From positions 45,722-109,721 of the forward strand of contig VXWG01000053.1 in assembly GCA_009836005.1 (NCBI GenBank): a stretch of 64,000 bases of DNA, read 5' to 3'. The notes under the pieces are model-generated. The model was given only the letters and a program-made list of their open reading frames with translations, had not been told where the DNA came from and made no database searches. Below are positions 18,980-28,619 of the stretch, one piece after another. This DNA is from Candidatus Palauibacter irciniicola (GTDB taxonomy: Bacteria > Gemmatimonadota > Gemmatimonadetes > Palauibacterales > Palauibacteraceae). Both the position numbers and the translations under genes were made by a program. Within the stretch, counting starts at the first letter, position 1; every line of letters begins with the position of its first letter.

Positions 18980-19052
18980 AGGGGCGTAGCTCAATTGGTA
19001 GAGCACCGGTCTCCAAAACCGGCGGTTGGGGGTTCGAGTCCCTCCGCCCCTG
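18980..19052 (+). tRNA. tRNA-Trp(CCA)
   Basis: Near-identical to E. coli tRNA-Trp, with anticodon loop CTCCAAA. Confidence 0.8.
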
Positions 19053-19055
19053 TCG

Positions 19056-19127
<72 letters not shown>

Positions 19128-19153
19128 TGGAGCAGCTTGGAACGGGATAGCGG

Positions 19154-19228
19154 GCGCCCGTAGCTCAGTTGGATCAGAGCACCGGCCTTCTAAGCCGGGG
19201 GTCCCAGGTTCGAGTCCTGGCGGGCGCG
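19154..19228 (+). tRNA. tRNA-Arg(TCT)
   Basis: Cloverleaf with anticodon loop CTTCTAA. Confidence 0.8.
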
Positions 19229-19255
19229 TGGCAAAAGGGGACGACAGCGGCACGA

Positions 19256-19327
19256 GCCCCCATCGTCCAACGGCTAGGACACCACTCTTTCAAGGTGGAG
19301 ATAGGGGTTCGATTCCCCTTGGGGGTA
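19256..19327 (+). tRNA. tRNA-Glu(TTC)
   Basis: Cloverleaf with anticodon loop CTTTCAA and a Glu-type D-arm GTCCAACGGCTAGGAC. Confidence 0.75.
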
Positions 19328-19389
19328 CTGGACGGAAGGCAGGACGGGACCGACGCCAGCCCGTCCGCGTGAAGCGACAGTCGAAGCGC

Positions 19390-19462
19390 GGGGCCGTAGC
19401 TCAGCTGGGAGAGCGCTGCAATGGCATTGCAGAGGTCAGGGGTTCGAATCCCCTCGGCTCCA
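19390..19462 (+). tRNA. tRNA-Ala(GGC)
   Basis: Cloverleaf with anticodon loop ATGGCAT and a G3:U70-compatible acceptor stem GGGGCCG/CGGCTCC. Confidence 0.8.
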
Positions 19463-19517
19463 TTTCGCGGCCCGCGGTTTGCCCGCCGAGGCCGCGAACG
19501 AGAGCTTTGAAGCTGTA

Positions 19518-19591
<74 letters not shown>

Positions 19592-19656
19592 TTCTCCAGC
19601 CCGCCTCCTCGTTCCGCCTGCCGCCTCGCCACGCTCACCCGGGGTCGGCTTGCGCC

Positions 19657-20745
19657 TTACCGGTTCTCGCGCTCCTGAGCGCGGGCGCCGAGCAGGACGT
19701 TCTCCAGGGCGTAGTTCGCCTCGTGGCAGGCGTACTCGTAGAGGAGGTCGTCCATCCTCACGAACGGGACCTCGCCGCCCCACGGGGTCTCCCACGTGTC
19801 CGGGTCGTCGATCAGGAACTCGTAGTTGATCGTGTTCGCGTCCACGCGCGTGAGCCGTTCCGTGATCTTCATGCTCGGACTCGCGCCGAAGAACTCGCGA
19901 TAGGCCATGAGCTGCTGCGGGTTGAGCTTCGTCGTCTCGATGACGAGCGTGTCGTCCTCCCACCACCCGCGGGAATCCCCGAACCAGGGCCGGATCTCCT
20001 CCGGAAACGCCGACGGTCCGTCGGCCTCGCCCGTGTCGCCGGAGTCCGGCGACACGCCGATCGGGATGATGCGGGTGTCGTGCACCATCTCCGTCATGAT
20101 CGCGACGTGGTCGGGGGTCTGCACGATGGTGTAATTGTTGTTGTAGAAGTAGTTGGGGAGCATCGGAGGGCCGGCGTTGGACCCGAACGAGACGATGCAG
20201 CGCTCGGAGAGGGGCCGGTTCTCGGGGTTGTCGTACTCGCCGTGCTGGCCGCGGGCGGCCATAAGCAGGCCGAGGCGCTGCTGCGCTTCCGGCGTGCGGG
20301 CGGGGATTCGGCCATCCTCCGGAATCATGAGGAGGGAACTGCGCGGTTCTCCGTTCACAACGGCGACCTGATCTCCCCGGTCCAGATAGAAGAGGTTGTA
20401 GCCGCCCGTGCCGCCGGCCGCCGCCTCCAGGATGAAGTCGCACCCGATGGTGGTGCCGCCCTCCGCCGGCGCGTCACGGTCCGGATCGCTGGATCCCGAG
20501 TGCGCCTCGATGCACTCCTGCCGGCCGCCTTCGATCTGGGCGACCTGCTCGGGCGTGAGCACGGCATCGAACCCCTGGGGCCGCTCGATGGGCGTGATGG
20601 TGCCGTTCGTCCAGTTCCCCTGCAGGTCGGGGCGCCCGTCCGGCGTGCGCGGCACCGCGCCGCCATCCTGCGCCCGCGTGACCGGGATCGACACGGCGGC
20701 GACCAGCGCCACCGCGACTGTTGCGCGCATCATGGTTACCTTCAT
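19657..20745 (-). CDS. Secreted hypothetical protein
   Basis: Signal peptide MKVTMMRATVAVALVAAVSIPVTRAQ, then 362 aa with no recognized domain. Convergent with the tRNA array. Confidence 0.5.
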   Translation of the reverse strand: MKVTMMRATVAVALVAAVSIPVTRAQDGGAVPRTPDGRPDLQGNWTNGTITPIERPQGFDAVLTPEQVAQIEGGRQECIEAHSGSSDPDRDAPAEGGTTIGCDFILEAAAGGTGGYNLFYLDRGDQVAVVNGEPRSSLLMIPEDGRIPARTPEAQQRLGLLMAARGQHGEYDNPENRPLSERCIVSFGSNAGPPMLPNYFYNNNYTIVQTPDHVAIMTEMVHDTRIIPIGVSPDSGDTGEADGPSAFPEEIRPWFGDSRGWWEDDTLVIETTKLNPQQLMAYREFFGASPSMKITERLTRVDANTINYEFLIDDPDTWETPWGGEVPFVRMDDLLYEYACHEANYALENVLLGARAQERENR

Positions 20746-20855
20746 CGGAACTTCCCTCGCGGTTCAGCGTCTCAGCGACACAAAAGGGTCGTCACTTTCT
20801 AATCATAGGGCTCGTTGCGCGATGGTTCACGGGGTGGCCGTCCGCCCGAGCCGGG

Positions 20856-21443
20856 ATGGAGATGCGGATGCCGGACTTCTCGTCCAACCGGGAGAGGCGC
20901 CTGTGGGTGTGGGCGCTGGCCGTGGTCGTGGCGATCTATGCGACGGCCGATCTCGCGCGGACGCTGGCCGACGCGCTCCGCGAGAGCGGGCTGCTCGAAC
21001 TGGTCCCCACGATGTTCAGCGCCGGCATGCTTCTGATCGCGGTGATGATCGTGGTGCAGGGGCTGAGGGAGCGCTCGCGCGGCGTGGAGGTCGGCTTCGC
21101 GCTGGGCGTCGCGGCGATCGCCATCATCGGTTTGGCCCGCGCGATCGATGCCGCGGAGCGTTCCCATCTCATCGAATACGCGGTGCTGGCGCTCATCATC
21201 CACGAGGCCCTGGTGGAACGGAAGGCCCACGGGAAGCGCGTCCCTGTGCCGGCCGTGCTGGCTATCGCCGTGACGACGGCGGTCGGCGTGGTGGACGAAT
21301 GCATCCAGTTCTTCGTGCCCAGCCGCACGTTCGACTGGTTCGACATCGGGTTCGATCTGCTGGCGAGCGTGCTCGCGGTCGGCTCGAGCGTCTCCATCCG
21401 CTGGGTCCGCCGCCTGATCGGAAGGTGGCGGCACCGGACCTAG
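20856..21443 (+). CDS. VanZ-like family membrane protein
   Basis: Four TM helices with a VanZ-like conserved stretch VVDECIQFFVPSRTFDWFDIGFDLLASVLAV. The start is taken at MEMRM rather than the upstream 20721, which would overlap the convergent gene. Confidence 0.6.
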   Translation: MEMRMPDFSSNRERRLWVWALAVVVAIYATADLARTLADALRESGLLELVPTMFSAGMLLIAVMIVVQGLRERSRGVEVGFALGVAAIAIIGLARAIDAAERSHLIEYAVLALIIHEALVERKAHGKRVPVPAVLAIAVTTAVGVVDECIQFFVPSRTFDWFDIGFDLLASVLAVGSSVSIRWVRRLIGRWRHRT

Positions 21444-21546
21444 TTCGAGGAACCGTGTTTGATCGCCCGGCCTCAGATACCCGTGTACCGGCGCGGTGCC
21501 AGTCGTTACGATGCCTCCCGTACTCGATCCGAATCAGGAGGTTCTC

Positions 21547-22833
21547 ATGCGGGGCATGATTCGCGCGCACCGTGGCGCGCTTTGGGCCGGACTTCTTGCC
21601 GTTTCAGCGACGGTCGCGTTTCCGGGCGTCGGGGCCGCGCAGTACCTGCCCGCGCGGGGGGACGCGTGGGAGACGCGCACTCCGGAGCAGGTGGGGATGA
21701 ACGCGGCGGGCGTCCAGGCGGCGGTCGAATACGCCCTCGAGCACGAGACGAGCCAGGCGCGAGACCGGGAGTTCCAGCACAGCCGGAGCTTCGGGCGCGA
21801 ACCGCTCGGGGAGGGGATCGGCCCCTTCAACGTGCGGGGCGGGCCGGCCGGGATGATCGTGCGGCACGGCTACATCGTCGCGGAGTGGGGGGACACGAAG
21901 CGGGTCGACATGACGTACAGCGTGACCAAGTCGTTCCTCTCGACATCCGTGGGACTCGCGTGGGACGAGGGGCTCATCGGCTCGCTCGACGACACGGTGC
22001 GCGAGTACATGGCCCCGATCGACGTGCCGCCGGGCGACGGGGAGCCGGGCGTCGACCGCATCGGCTTCGGGAAGCCCGATCCGACGACGATGTTCGAGTC
22101 CGAGCACAACCGCACGATCACGTGGGACGACCTCCTGCGGCAGACGTCCGACTGGGAGGGCACGCTGTGGGGCAAGCCGGACTGGGCCGACCGTCCGAGC
22201 GGCGACCCGGACACGTGGATGACCCGCGAGCGACACCCCTCGGGGACCGTATACGAGTACAACGACACCCGCGTGAACCTCCTCGCGCTCGCCGCGATGA
22301 GCGTCCTGCGGCGCCCGCTGCCCGAGGTCCTGCACGAACAGGTGATGGGACCGATCGGCGCCTCCCCGACCTGGCGCTGGAACGGCTACGAGAACTCGTG
22401 GGTCACGATCGACGGGCGTCGCGTGCAGTCGGTGAGCGGTGGCGGCCACTGGGGCGGCGGCATGTTCATCAGCGCCCGCGACCAGGCGCGCTTCGGCCTC
22501 TTCACGCTGCGGCGCGGGACGTGGGGAGACCGGCAACTCCTCTCCGAGGAATGGTTCGACCTCGCGACGACGCCGGGCCCGGCGAACGGCTCCTACGGGT
22601 TCATGAACTTCATGCTCAACGTCGCGGACGACGAGGGGAACAAGCGCTATCCGAGCGCGCCCGCGGAGGCGTGGGCCCACCTCGGAAACGGGACGAACAT
22701 GATCTACTGCGACCCGGTGAACGATCTCGTGGTGGTGGCGCGCTGGATCCCCGGAGGGGCGATCGACGGCCTGCTCGACCTCGTCATCGACTCGATCGAC
22801 GACACGGCCGCGACCTCATCCGGATCGCGCTGA
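21547..22833 (+). CDS. Secreted serine hydrolase of the beta-lactamase / transpeptidase-like family
   Basis: SxxK motif in YSVTKSF, plus a signal peptide after MRGMIRAHRGALWAGLLAVSATVAFPGVGAAQ. Confidence 0.75.
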   Translation: MRGMIRAHRGALWAGLLAVSATVAFPGVGAAQYLPARGDAWETRTPEQVGMNAAGVQAAVEYALEHETSQARDREFQHSRSFGREPLGEGIGPFNVRGGPAGMIVRHGYIVAEWGDTKRVDMTYSVTKSFLSTSVGLAWDEGLIGSLDDTVREYMAPIDVPPGDGEPGVDRIGFGKPDPTTMFESEHNRTITWDDLLRQTSDWEGTLWGKPDWADRPSGDPDTWMTRERHPSGTVYEYNDTRVNLLALAAMSVLRRPLPEVLHEQVMGPIGASPTWRWNGYENSWVTIDGRRVQSVSGGGHWGGGMFISARDQARFGLFTLRRGTWGDRQLLSEEWFDLATTPGPANGSYGFMNFMLNVADDEGNKRYPSAPAEAWAHLGNGTNMIYCDPVNDLVVVARWIPGGAIDGLLDLVIDSIDDTAATSSGSR

Positions 22834-22936
22834 ACCGAGTCGGGGTCGGCCCCGTGCGGCAGGTAGACGCTGGGCGCCGGTCCGATTAGATTGCCCGCGC
22901 GGCGCGTCGCCTCTTCCGGCGGCGCGTTTCGTGTCT

Positions 22937-23011
22937 GCGCCCGTAGCTCAGCCTGGATAGAGCGCTTGCCTCCGGAGCAAGAGGTCACAGGTTCGAATCC
23001 TGTCGGGCGCA
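22937..23011 (+). tRNA. tRNA-Arg(CCG)
   Basis: Cloverleaf with anticodon loop CTCCGGA. Confidence 0.8.
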
Positions 23012-23082
23012 CTCGTCCCGGCGGAGCCAGCGGCACCGGTTCTCGGGGGCGACTCCCCGGACCCGAGGGTTCAGGGGCGCAG

Positions 23083-23167
23083 GCTCGGGTGGCGGAAATG
23101 GCAGACGCGCAGGATTCAGGATCCTGTGGGATTAAACTCCCGTGGGGGTTCGACTCCCCCCCCGAGC
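23083..23167 (+). tRNA. tRNA-Leu(CAG)
   Basis: Type II tRNA with a long variable arm and anticodon loop TTCAGGA. The D-arm GGCGGAAATGGCAGACGC is Leu-like. Confidence 0.75.
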
Positions 23168-23173
23168 ATTTCA

Positions 23174-23259
23174 GGCCCAGGTGGCGGAACTGGCAGACGC
23201 GCTAGCTTGAGGGGCTAGTGTCCTTTTACGGACGTGGAGGTTCGAATCCTCTCCTGGGC
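23174..23259 (+). tRNA. tRNA-Leu(GAG)
   Basis: Type II tRNA with anticodon loop CTTGAGG. Similar to E. coli tRNA-Leu. Confidence 0.75.
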
Positions 23260-23300
23260 ATGCAGCACGACATCGCCGATCGCTGTACGACCGGCTCCGA

Positions 23301-23374
23301 GCGCCCGTAGCTCAACTGGATAGAGCACCTGACTACGGATCAGGAGGTTGGGGATTCGAATTCTCCCGGGCGCA
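23301..23374 (+). tRNA. tRNA-Arg(ACG)
   Basis: Cloverleaf with anticodon loop CTACGGA. Confidence 0.8.
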
Positions 23375-23614
23375 TGCTTTCCTTCCTTCGGAAGTCAAAC
23401 CTGCGCCCGCGAGAATTCGGGCGCTCGTGGAGCTTCGCTCCCCTTCGCTGGCCAAATTCTCCCGGGCACGTCCTTGTGGCACACGTGCCGGTCCGCGTTG
23501 TCCGTGGGCTCGCGAAGGGCTTCGCCCCTCTCGCCGAATCAGCGTTGTCCGGGCGATCGTTCACCGGGCGGTCGGTTGTTCAACACACTTCCTCGAGGAC
23601 AGGGGTGCCGTCAT

Positions 23615-24067
23615 ATGCGCGTAAGGCTGGCTGAACGGGGCGATGTGGATCGGCTGTTGGAGTTGATGCGGGGGCTGGCGCGGTTCGAGGAGTACATCGA
23701 CGACTTCGTGGTGACGCGGGAGAGCGTGCTCGAGCACGGGTTCGGGGACGCGCGGCTGTTCACGGCATTCGTGGCCGAGCAGGACGATGATCTCGTCGGG
23801 ATGGCCGTGGCCTACACGATTCCATGGACCTATACGCTGCGCCCGAAGGTCGTGCTCAAGGAGCTGTTCGTCGAAGAGAGTGCGCGCGACGCGGGGGCGG
23901 GGAAGGCCCTGATGGCGGCGGTGGTTTCGCACGCCACATCCATCGGTGCGGCCGAAGTGATCTGGACGGTCATGGACGGGAACCGCGCGGCCGAGGGCTT
24001 CTACAGATCCCTCGGTGCTCTGCCGGACCTCAAGTGGAACAACTGGTCCCTGAGCCTCGACGACTGA
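23615..24067 (+). CDS. GNAT-family N-acetyltransferase
   Basis: MRVRLAERGDVDRLLELM... with a GNAT fold. Acetyl-CoA motif region DAGAGKALMAAVVSHA. The ATG at 23615 was located by codon arithmetic. Confidence 0.7.
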   Translation: MRVRLAERGDVDRLLELMRGLARFEEYIDDFVVTRESVLEHGFGDARLFTAFVAEQDDDLVGMAVAYTIPWTYTLRPKVVLKELFVEESARDAGAGKALMAAVVSHATSIGAAEVIWTVMDGNRAAEGFYRSLGALPDLKWNNWSLSLDD

Positions 24068-24077
24068 ACCGGATCCG

Positions 24078-25694
24078 TCACCGCGTGCTCTGGCCCGAAG
24101 TCCGGGCCGGGGGGCGGCAGTCGGGCCACTGGGTGCCGGGCGGCATGGCGCGCCGGTCGCGGGGCATGCGGTCCGGGTCTTCGGAGGCCAGGTAGGCGAG
24201 CATCGCGGTCATCACGGCGTCGTCGCGCAGGTCCTCGAAGACGATCTTGTCGAAGGTGTCCCGGTTGGTGTGCCAGGTGTAGGTGCTCGTGTCCCAGCGG
24301 TTGTCGGCGATGTTCATCTCGCTCCGGCCGGCCCCGACGTGGAAGCTGAAGGCGGGCACTCCCGCGCACAGGAAGGAGGCGTGGTCGGTCCCGCCGGACT
24401 CGGGCATCCCGGGGACCTCGAGCGTGACTAGGTCGGAGAGTTCGCTGGGGATCTTCGCGAGCCAATCGCCGAAGCGCCCCGCGGCGCCGGCGAAGCCCTG
24501 CATGGGGATGAACGTGACCGGGCCGTTTCCGTGATCGACGTTGAACACGGTGTGGGTGCGCTCGAGGATATCGGGATGATCCTCGACGAAGGCGCGTGAG
24601 CCGTTCAGGCCCTGCTCCTCGCCGTTCCAGAGGGCGCCGATGATCGTGCGGCGGGGGTTCGGGACGGCGCTCTTCAGGATGCGCATCGCTTCCATGATCG
24701 CGACGGCGCCGGTGCCGTTGTCGAGCGCGCCGTCGGAGCCGTCCCAGGAGTCGTAGTGGCCTCCGAGGATCACGTACTCCTCGGGCTCGGCGCTGCCGGG
24801 GATGACGGCGAAGGCGTTGAAAACCGGCACCTCTCCCAGGAAGCGGGCCTGTGCGTCGACGCGCAGCGCCGGCCCCTGATCGTTCTCGGCCAGCCGGTAC
24901 AGGAGCCCGTAGGCCTCGCAGCTCAGGTCCAGGACCGGCGCCCGCTCCGCGCGGGTGCCGAAGATCTTGGTGACGCCCCAGCCCTCGGACCACTGCGAGC
25001 GGATGATCCCGGCGGGTTCGGCTGCGCTCAGCGCTTCCGGCAGCGAGCGCGCATCGAACCCCGTATTCCCCACGCGGTCGCTCCACTCCGCGATGGCGCG
25101 CTCCCGCTCCTCCGCCATGCGGGCCGTCGTCTCGGGCCGCGCGAACCACTCCAGGTTGTCGGGCGCACGGCAACTCGGCTCCGGGCGCGAGACGAGCACG
25201 AACTTGCCGCGCACCTCCGACAGCGCTGCCTCGAAGGCTCCGGGGCTGTCCGCGTCCGGCAGGATCACCACCTCCGCCTCGACGGGCCCGCCCGTGGCCG
25301 GGCTCCACGCGGCCGCCATGCCCTCGAGCGTGCGCATGCGCGGCGCGATGAGATCGATGTGGGTGATCCCCCGCTCCCATCCCCGCCAGGTGCCGTACTG
25401 CTCCTTGTACGCCTCGATGCCCCACCCCTCGTACTTCGCGAGCGCCCAGTCGTTGGCGCCGGCCATCGCGGGCGAGCCGGTCAGCCGCGGCCCGATCGAG
25501 TCCATCATCACCTGGCCGAGTTCGTAGACCTGGGAGCGCTCGACTCCCTCCTCCCAGATCGCCCGAATGACCGGATCGTCGGAGGGAAACGACTGCGCCG
25601 CCGCGCTCCGGGTTACGCCCGGAATCAGCGAAGCCGTCAGAGTGGCGAGGCATGCCAGCGAACAGGCGAGTTCGAGACGAACCGTGCGCTTCAT
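24078..25694 (-). CDS. Secreted M28-family zinc aminopeptidase
   Basis: Signal peptide MKRTVRLELACSLACLATLTASL. M28 zinc-ligand motifs GGHYDSWDGSDGALDNGTG and ALWNGEEQGLNGS. Confidence 0.8.
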   Translation of the reverse strand: MKRTVRLELACSLACLATLTASLIPGVTRSAAAQSFPSDDPVIRAIWEEGVERSQVYELGQVMMDSIGPRLTGSPAMAGANDWALAKYEGWGIEAYKEQYGTWRGWERGITHIDLIAPRMRTLEGMAAAWSPATGGPVEAEVVILPDADSPGAFEAALSEVRGKFVLVSRPEPSCRAPDNLEWFARPETTARMAEERERAIAEWSDRVGNTGFDARSLPEALSAAEPAGIIRSQWSEGWGVTKIFGTRAERAPVLDLSCEAYGLLYRLAENDQGPALRVDAQARFLGEVPVFNAFAVIPGSAEPEEYVILGGHYDSWDGSDGALDNGTGAVAIMEAMRILKSAVPNPRRTIIGALWNGEEQGLNGSRAFVEDHPDILERTHTVFNVDHGNGPVTFIPMQGFAGAAGRFGDWLAKIPSELSDLVTLEVPGMPESGGTDHASFLCAGVPAFSFHVGAGRSEMNIADNRWDTSTYTWHTNRDTFDKIVFEDLRDDAVMTAMLAYLASEDPDRMPRDRRAMPPGTQWPDCRPPARTSGQSTR

Positions 25695-25820
25695 GGGTCG
25701 CTCCCGCGGGAAGATGGAACCTGTTCGAAGGTAGGGGTGCCCACGCGCGTTGCGAATCCCTGTCCACGCCCGGACTTTGCCCACTCGGCATCACACGCGA
25801 ACTCGAATCCCGAATTCCCC

Positions 25821-26585
25821 ATGCGTCTTGACGGCAAGCGTGCTCTGGTTACCGGCGGCTCGCGGAGCATCGGTCGGGCGATCGCCCTCGGACTGGCCCG
25901 CGAGGGGGCGGACGTGGGGGTCAACTACCGGCGGAGTCGCGAGGATGCCGAGAGCGCCGTTCGTGACATCGAGGCGATGGGGCGCCGCGCGGTCGCCGTG
26001 CAGGGCTCGACGGACTCCCGTTCCGACGTCGAACGTTTCGTCGCGGAGGCGGACGACTTCCTGGGTGGCCTCGACATCCTCGCGAACAACGCGGGGATCC
26101 TGAGACGCACGCCCTTCCTCGAGATCGACGAAGGGGAGTGGGACGCCATTCAGGGCGTCAACCTGAAGGGATACTTCCTGGTGGGTCAGGCGGTGGCGCG
26201 CCGCATGGTCGAGGCGGGAACGGCAGGGGCGGTCGTCAACGTATCTTCCGCCGGACAGGCGGTGGCCGCGCCGAACCTCACGCACTACTGCGTGTCGAAG
26301 GCGGGGGTCGAGATGCTCACGAAGCAGATGGCGCTCGAACTCGCGCCGCACGGGATCCGGGTGAACGCTATCGCGCCGGGCCTGATCGAAACCGACCTGA
26401 ACCGCGCCGACATCGCGCGGGACGACTTCCGCGAGGGGCGCCTCGCCCGGATCCCGCTCCGGAAGATCGGCGCGCCGGACGACGTCGTGGGAGCCGTCGT
26501 CTACCTCGCGTCGAACGAGGAGGCGCGACTCGTGACGGGCGCCAGCCTGTTCATCGACGCTGGCCAGACGATCTGGGGTGCCTAG
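25821..26585 (+). CDS. SDR-family oxidoreductase (3-oxoacyl-ACP reductase-like)
   Basis: TGGSRSIGRAIA NAD(P)-binding motif, NNAG, and the catalytic YxxxK in HYCVSKAG. Confidence 0.85.
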   Translation: MRLDGKRALVTGGSRSIGRAIALGLAREGADVGVNYRRSREDAESAVRDIEAMGRRAVAVQGSTDSRSDVERFVAEADDFLGGLDILANNAGILRRTPFLEIDEGEWDAIQGVNLKGYFLVGQAVARRMVEAGTAGAVVNVSSAGQAVAAPNLTHYCVSKAGVEMLTKQMALELAPHGIRVNAIAPGLIETDLNRADIARDDFREGRLARIPLRKIGAPDDVVGAVVYLASNEEARLVTGASLFIDAGQTIWGA

Positions 26586-26588
26586 GTC

Positions 26589-27059
26589 GTGGACACGCGA
26601 GTCCGTGTAGACCGGGCGGGCGGCTTCGTCATGGCCCTGCCGGTTTCGGACGCGTTCCCGCTGTTCAGCGCGGAGGGTGAGCGGCGGTGGGTCGCAGGGT
26701 GGGACCCGCGCTACTTGTCTCCGAACGGGCCCCACGCGCGGGAAGGCCTGGTGTTCCAGACCATCAAGGAAGGCGTGGGAACGGCGACATGGGTCCAGAC
26801 ACGGCATGCGCCCGCCGCGGGCGTCGCTTCGTTCGTGTACATAGTTCCCGACCACCACACCGCCATGGTGGACGTTCGTGTGACTCCCGACAGTGACAAC
26901 CGAAGCCGGGCGTCTGTGAAGTATCGAATGACGTCGCTTTCGTCCGACGCGGACGATTTCGTGCGAGCGTTCGGCGAAGCCTTCGAGGACTTCATGGCCC
27001 AGTGGGCTCAGGCCATCCAGCGACACATCGTGGAAGGTGCCGCACTTACTCGGGAGTGA
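26589..27059 (+). CDS. SRPBCC-like small protein (tentative)
   Basis: Roughly 150 aa with the start/lipid-binding-fold pattern of alternating aromatics. No strong motif. Confidence 0.4.
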   Translation: MDTRVRVDRAGGFVMALPVSDAFPLFSAEGERRWVAGWDPRYLSPNGPHAREGLVFQTIKEGVGTATWVQTRHAPAAGVASFVYIVPDHHTAMVDVRVTPDSDNRSRASVKYRMTSLSSDADDFVRAFGEAFEDFMAQWAQAIQRHIVEGAALTRE

Positions 27060-28098
27060 AGGCGAGGACCTGAACCCTCGGCGCCAGAAGGGGGTGGGCC
27101 TCGGGCTGGCGGTAGCGGCGACGCTACTCGTGGCGTCCTGCGGTGCCCCTGTGCCCCGCGACTCCGAACCGCCTACCTGGGAGGTGCGCTTCTCCCACGT
27201 GCTCTCAACGGGCTCCGAGTTCCACCTCATGGCGGAGCGGTTCCGGGATCTCATGCTCGAGCGCACGGACGGACGGTTCCGGGTCGTCATCTATCCGTCC
27301 GGACAGCTCGGGGGCGAGCGCGTCGCCTTCGAGCAGATCCAGGTCGGCGCGGTGCACATGGCGATCACGGGCACACCGGTGCTCTCGGGCTGGGTGCCCG
27401 AGACGCAGGTATTCGATCTCCCCTTCCTGTTCGAGACGCGGGACCACGGGCTCGCAGCGATGAACGGCCAGGCGGGAGACGGGTGGCGCGACCTCCTCCT
27501 GGAACGCACCGGCGTCCGCTCGCTCGGATTTCTCGACTACGGCTTCCGCCACGTCTACAACACCCGCCGGCCCGTCGAGACGCCCTCGGATCTCGCCGGC
27601 CTCAAGCTCAGGGTCCTCCAGAACGCGACGTACCTGGCGGCCTATTCCGCGCTCGGCGTCCAGGCGACGCCGATGAACTACGGCGAGGTCTACTCCGCGC
27701 TCCAGCAGGGCGTGATCGACGGCGGGGAGGCGAACGCGATCGGCTTCGTGAGCAGCCGGCTCCACGAGGTGGCGAAGTTCTACAGCTTCACATCCATCAC
27801 CTACAACCCGATCACGCTTCTCGTGAACGAGCCGTTCTATCGGGGGCTTCCCGTCGAGATCCGGGAGACCGTCGACCGTTCCGCGGCCGAGGCGCTCGCC
27901 TACCAGAGCGAAGTCGCGCGCCGGATGGAGGCGGACGCCATCGAGGAGATGCGCGAGGCGGGCGTGGAGATCTCGCGCCCGGATCCGGCGCCGTTCGCCG
28001 CGGCCGTGAGACCGCACGTCCGGGATGAACTGGCAAAGCGGCTGCCGGACGGCGAAGCGCTGATCGCGAGGCTGGTGGCGGAAGCGGAGCGTCGGTGA
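27037..28098 (+). CDS. dctP: TRAP transporter solute-binding protein DctP family
   Basis: Lipoprotein signal ...LLVASCG and a DctP-like fold (GTPVLSGWVPE, LKLRV, ANAIGF). The true start is probably a GTG near 27091. Confidence 0.8.
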   Translation: MPHLLGSEGEDLNPRRQKGVGLGLAVAATLLVASCGAPVPRDSEPPTWEVRFSHVLSTGSEFHLMAERFRDLMLERTDGRFRVVIYPSGQLGGERVAFEQIQVGAVHMAITGTPVLSGWVPETQVFDLPFLFETRDHGLAAMNGQAGDGWRDLLLERTGVRSLGFLDYGFRHVYNTRRPVETPSDLAGLKLRVLQNATYLAAYSALGVQATPMNYGEVYSALQQGVIDGGEANAIGFVSSRLHEVAKFYSFTSITYNPITLLVNEPFYRGLPVEIRETVDRSAAEALAYQSEVARRMEADAIEEMREAGVEISRPDPAPFAAAVRPHVRDELAKRLPDGEALIARLVAEAERR

Positions 28099-28619
28099 CA
28101 AAGCGGCTGCGGTCGCTCGACCGGGTGCTGGTCACGCTCGAGACGTGCGCCGTCGGCGTCCTGCTGATCGCGGTCTGCGACGTCGTTCTCCTGCAGGTAC
28201 TGATGCGGTACCTCTTCGCCTGGCCGAATCCGTGGAGCGAGGAGGTGTCGCGCTTCTGCTTCATCTGGCTCTCGCTCCTCGGTGCGTCGCTGGCGGTGGC
28301 GCGGCGGTCTCACTTCAGTTTCGACCAGGTCACGGGGCGGCTGCCTCCGCTCGCGGAGAAGGCCGTGGAGAGGGTCGCGGCGGCGGTCGTGCTGCTGTTC
28401 GCGCTCGTCCTCATCGGCACGGGCATCGCCCTTATGGACCTCACGATGGGAGAGCGCTCCGCGGCGTTGAACCTGCCTGTCGCGCTCGTCTACGCCGCGG
28501 CGCCGGTGTCCGGCGTGCTGATGGTGATCCACCTGCTTGTCGGAGGGGCAGGCGAGGGTGGGAGGACGTCCGCGCCAGCCGTGGCCCGGCAACCGGGTTC
28601 GACCGGGGAGGTCGGCTGA
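28095..28619 (+). CDS. dctQ: TRAP transporter small permease DctQ
   Basis: Four TM helices of typical DctQ size. The stop overlaps the dctM start (ATGA). Confidence 0.75.
   Translation: MTKRLRSLDRVLVTLETCAVGVLLIAVCDVVLLQVLMRYLFAWPNPWSEEVSRFCFIWLSLLGASLAVARRSHFSFDQVTGRLPPLAEKAVERVAAAVVLLFALVLIGTGIALMDLTMGERSAALNLPVALVYAAAPVSGVLMVIHLLVGGAGEGGRTSAPAVARQPGSTGEVG

Noticed and set aside
23012-23082. GC hairpin-containing spacer between tRNA-Arg(CCG) and tRNA-Leu(CAG), checked as a possible additional tRNA
   Set aside because: No cloverleaf can be drawn. It is probably a processing or terminator-like spacer.
28145-28618. N-terminal 158-aa extension of the dctM track ORF
   Set aside because: Overlaps dctQ in another frame. 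The real DctM begins at the ATG at 28619 (MGGLLLG...).
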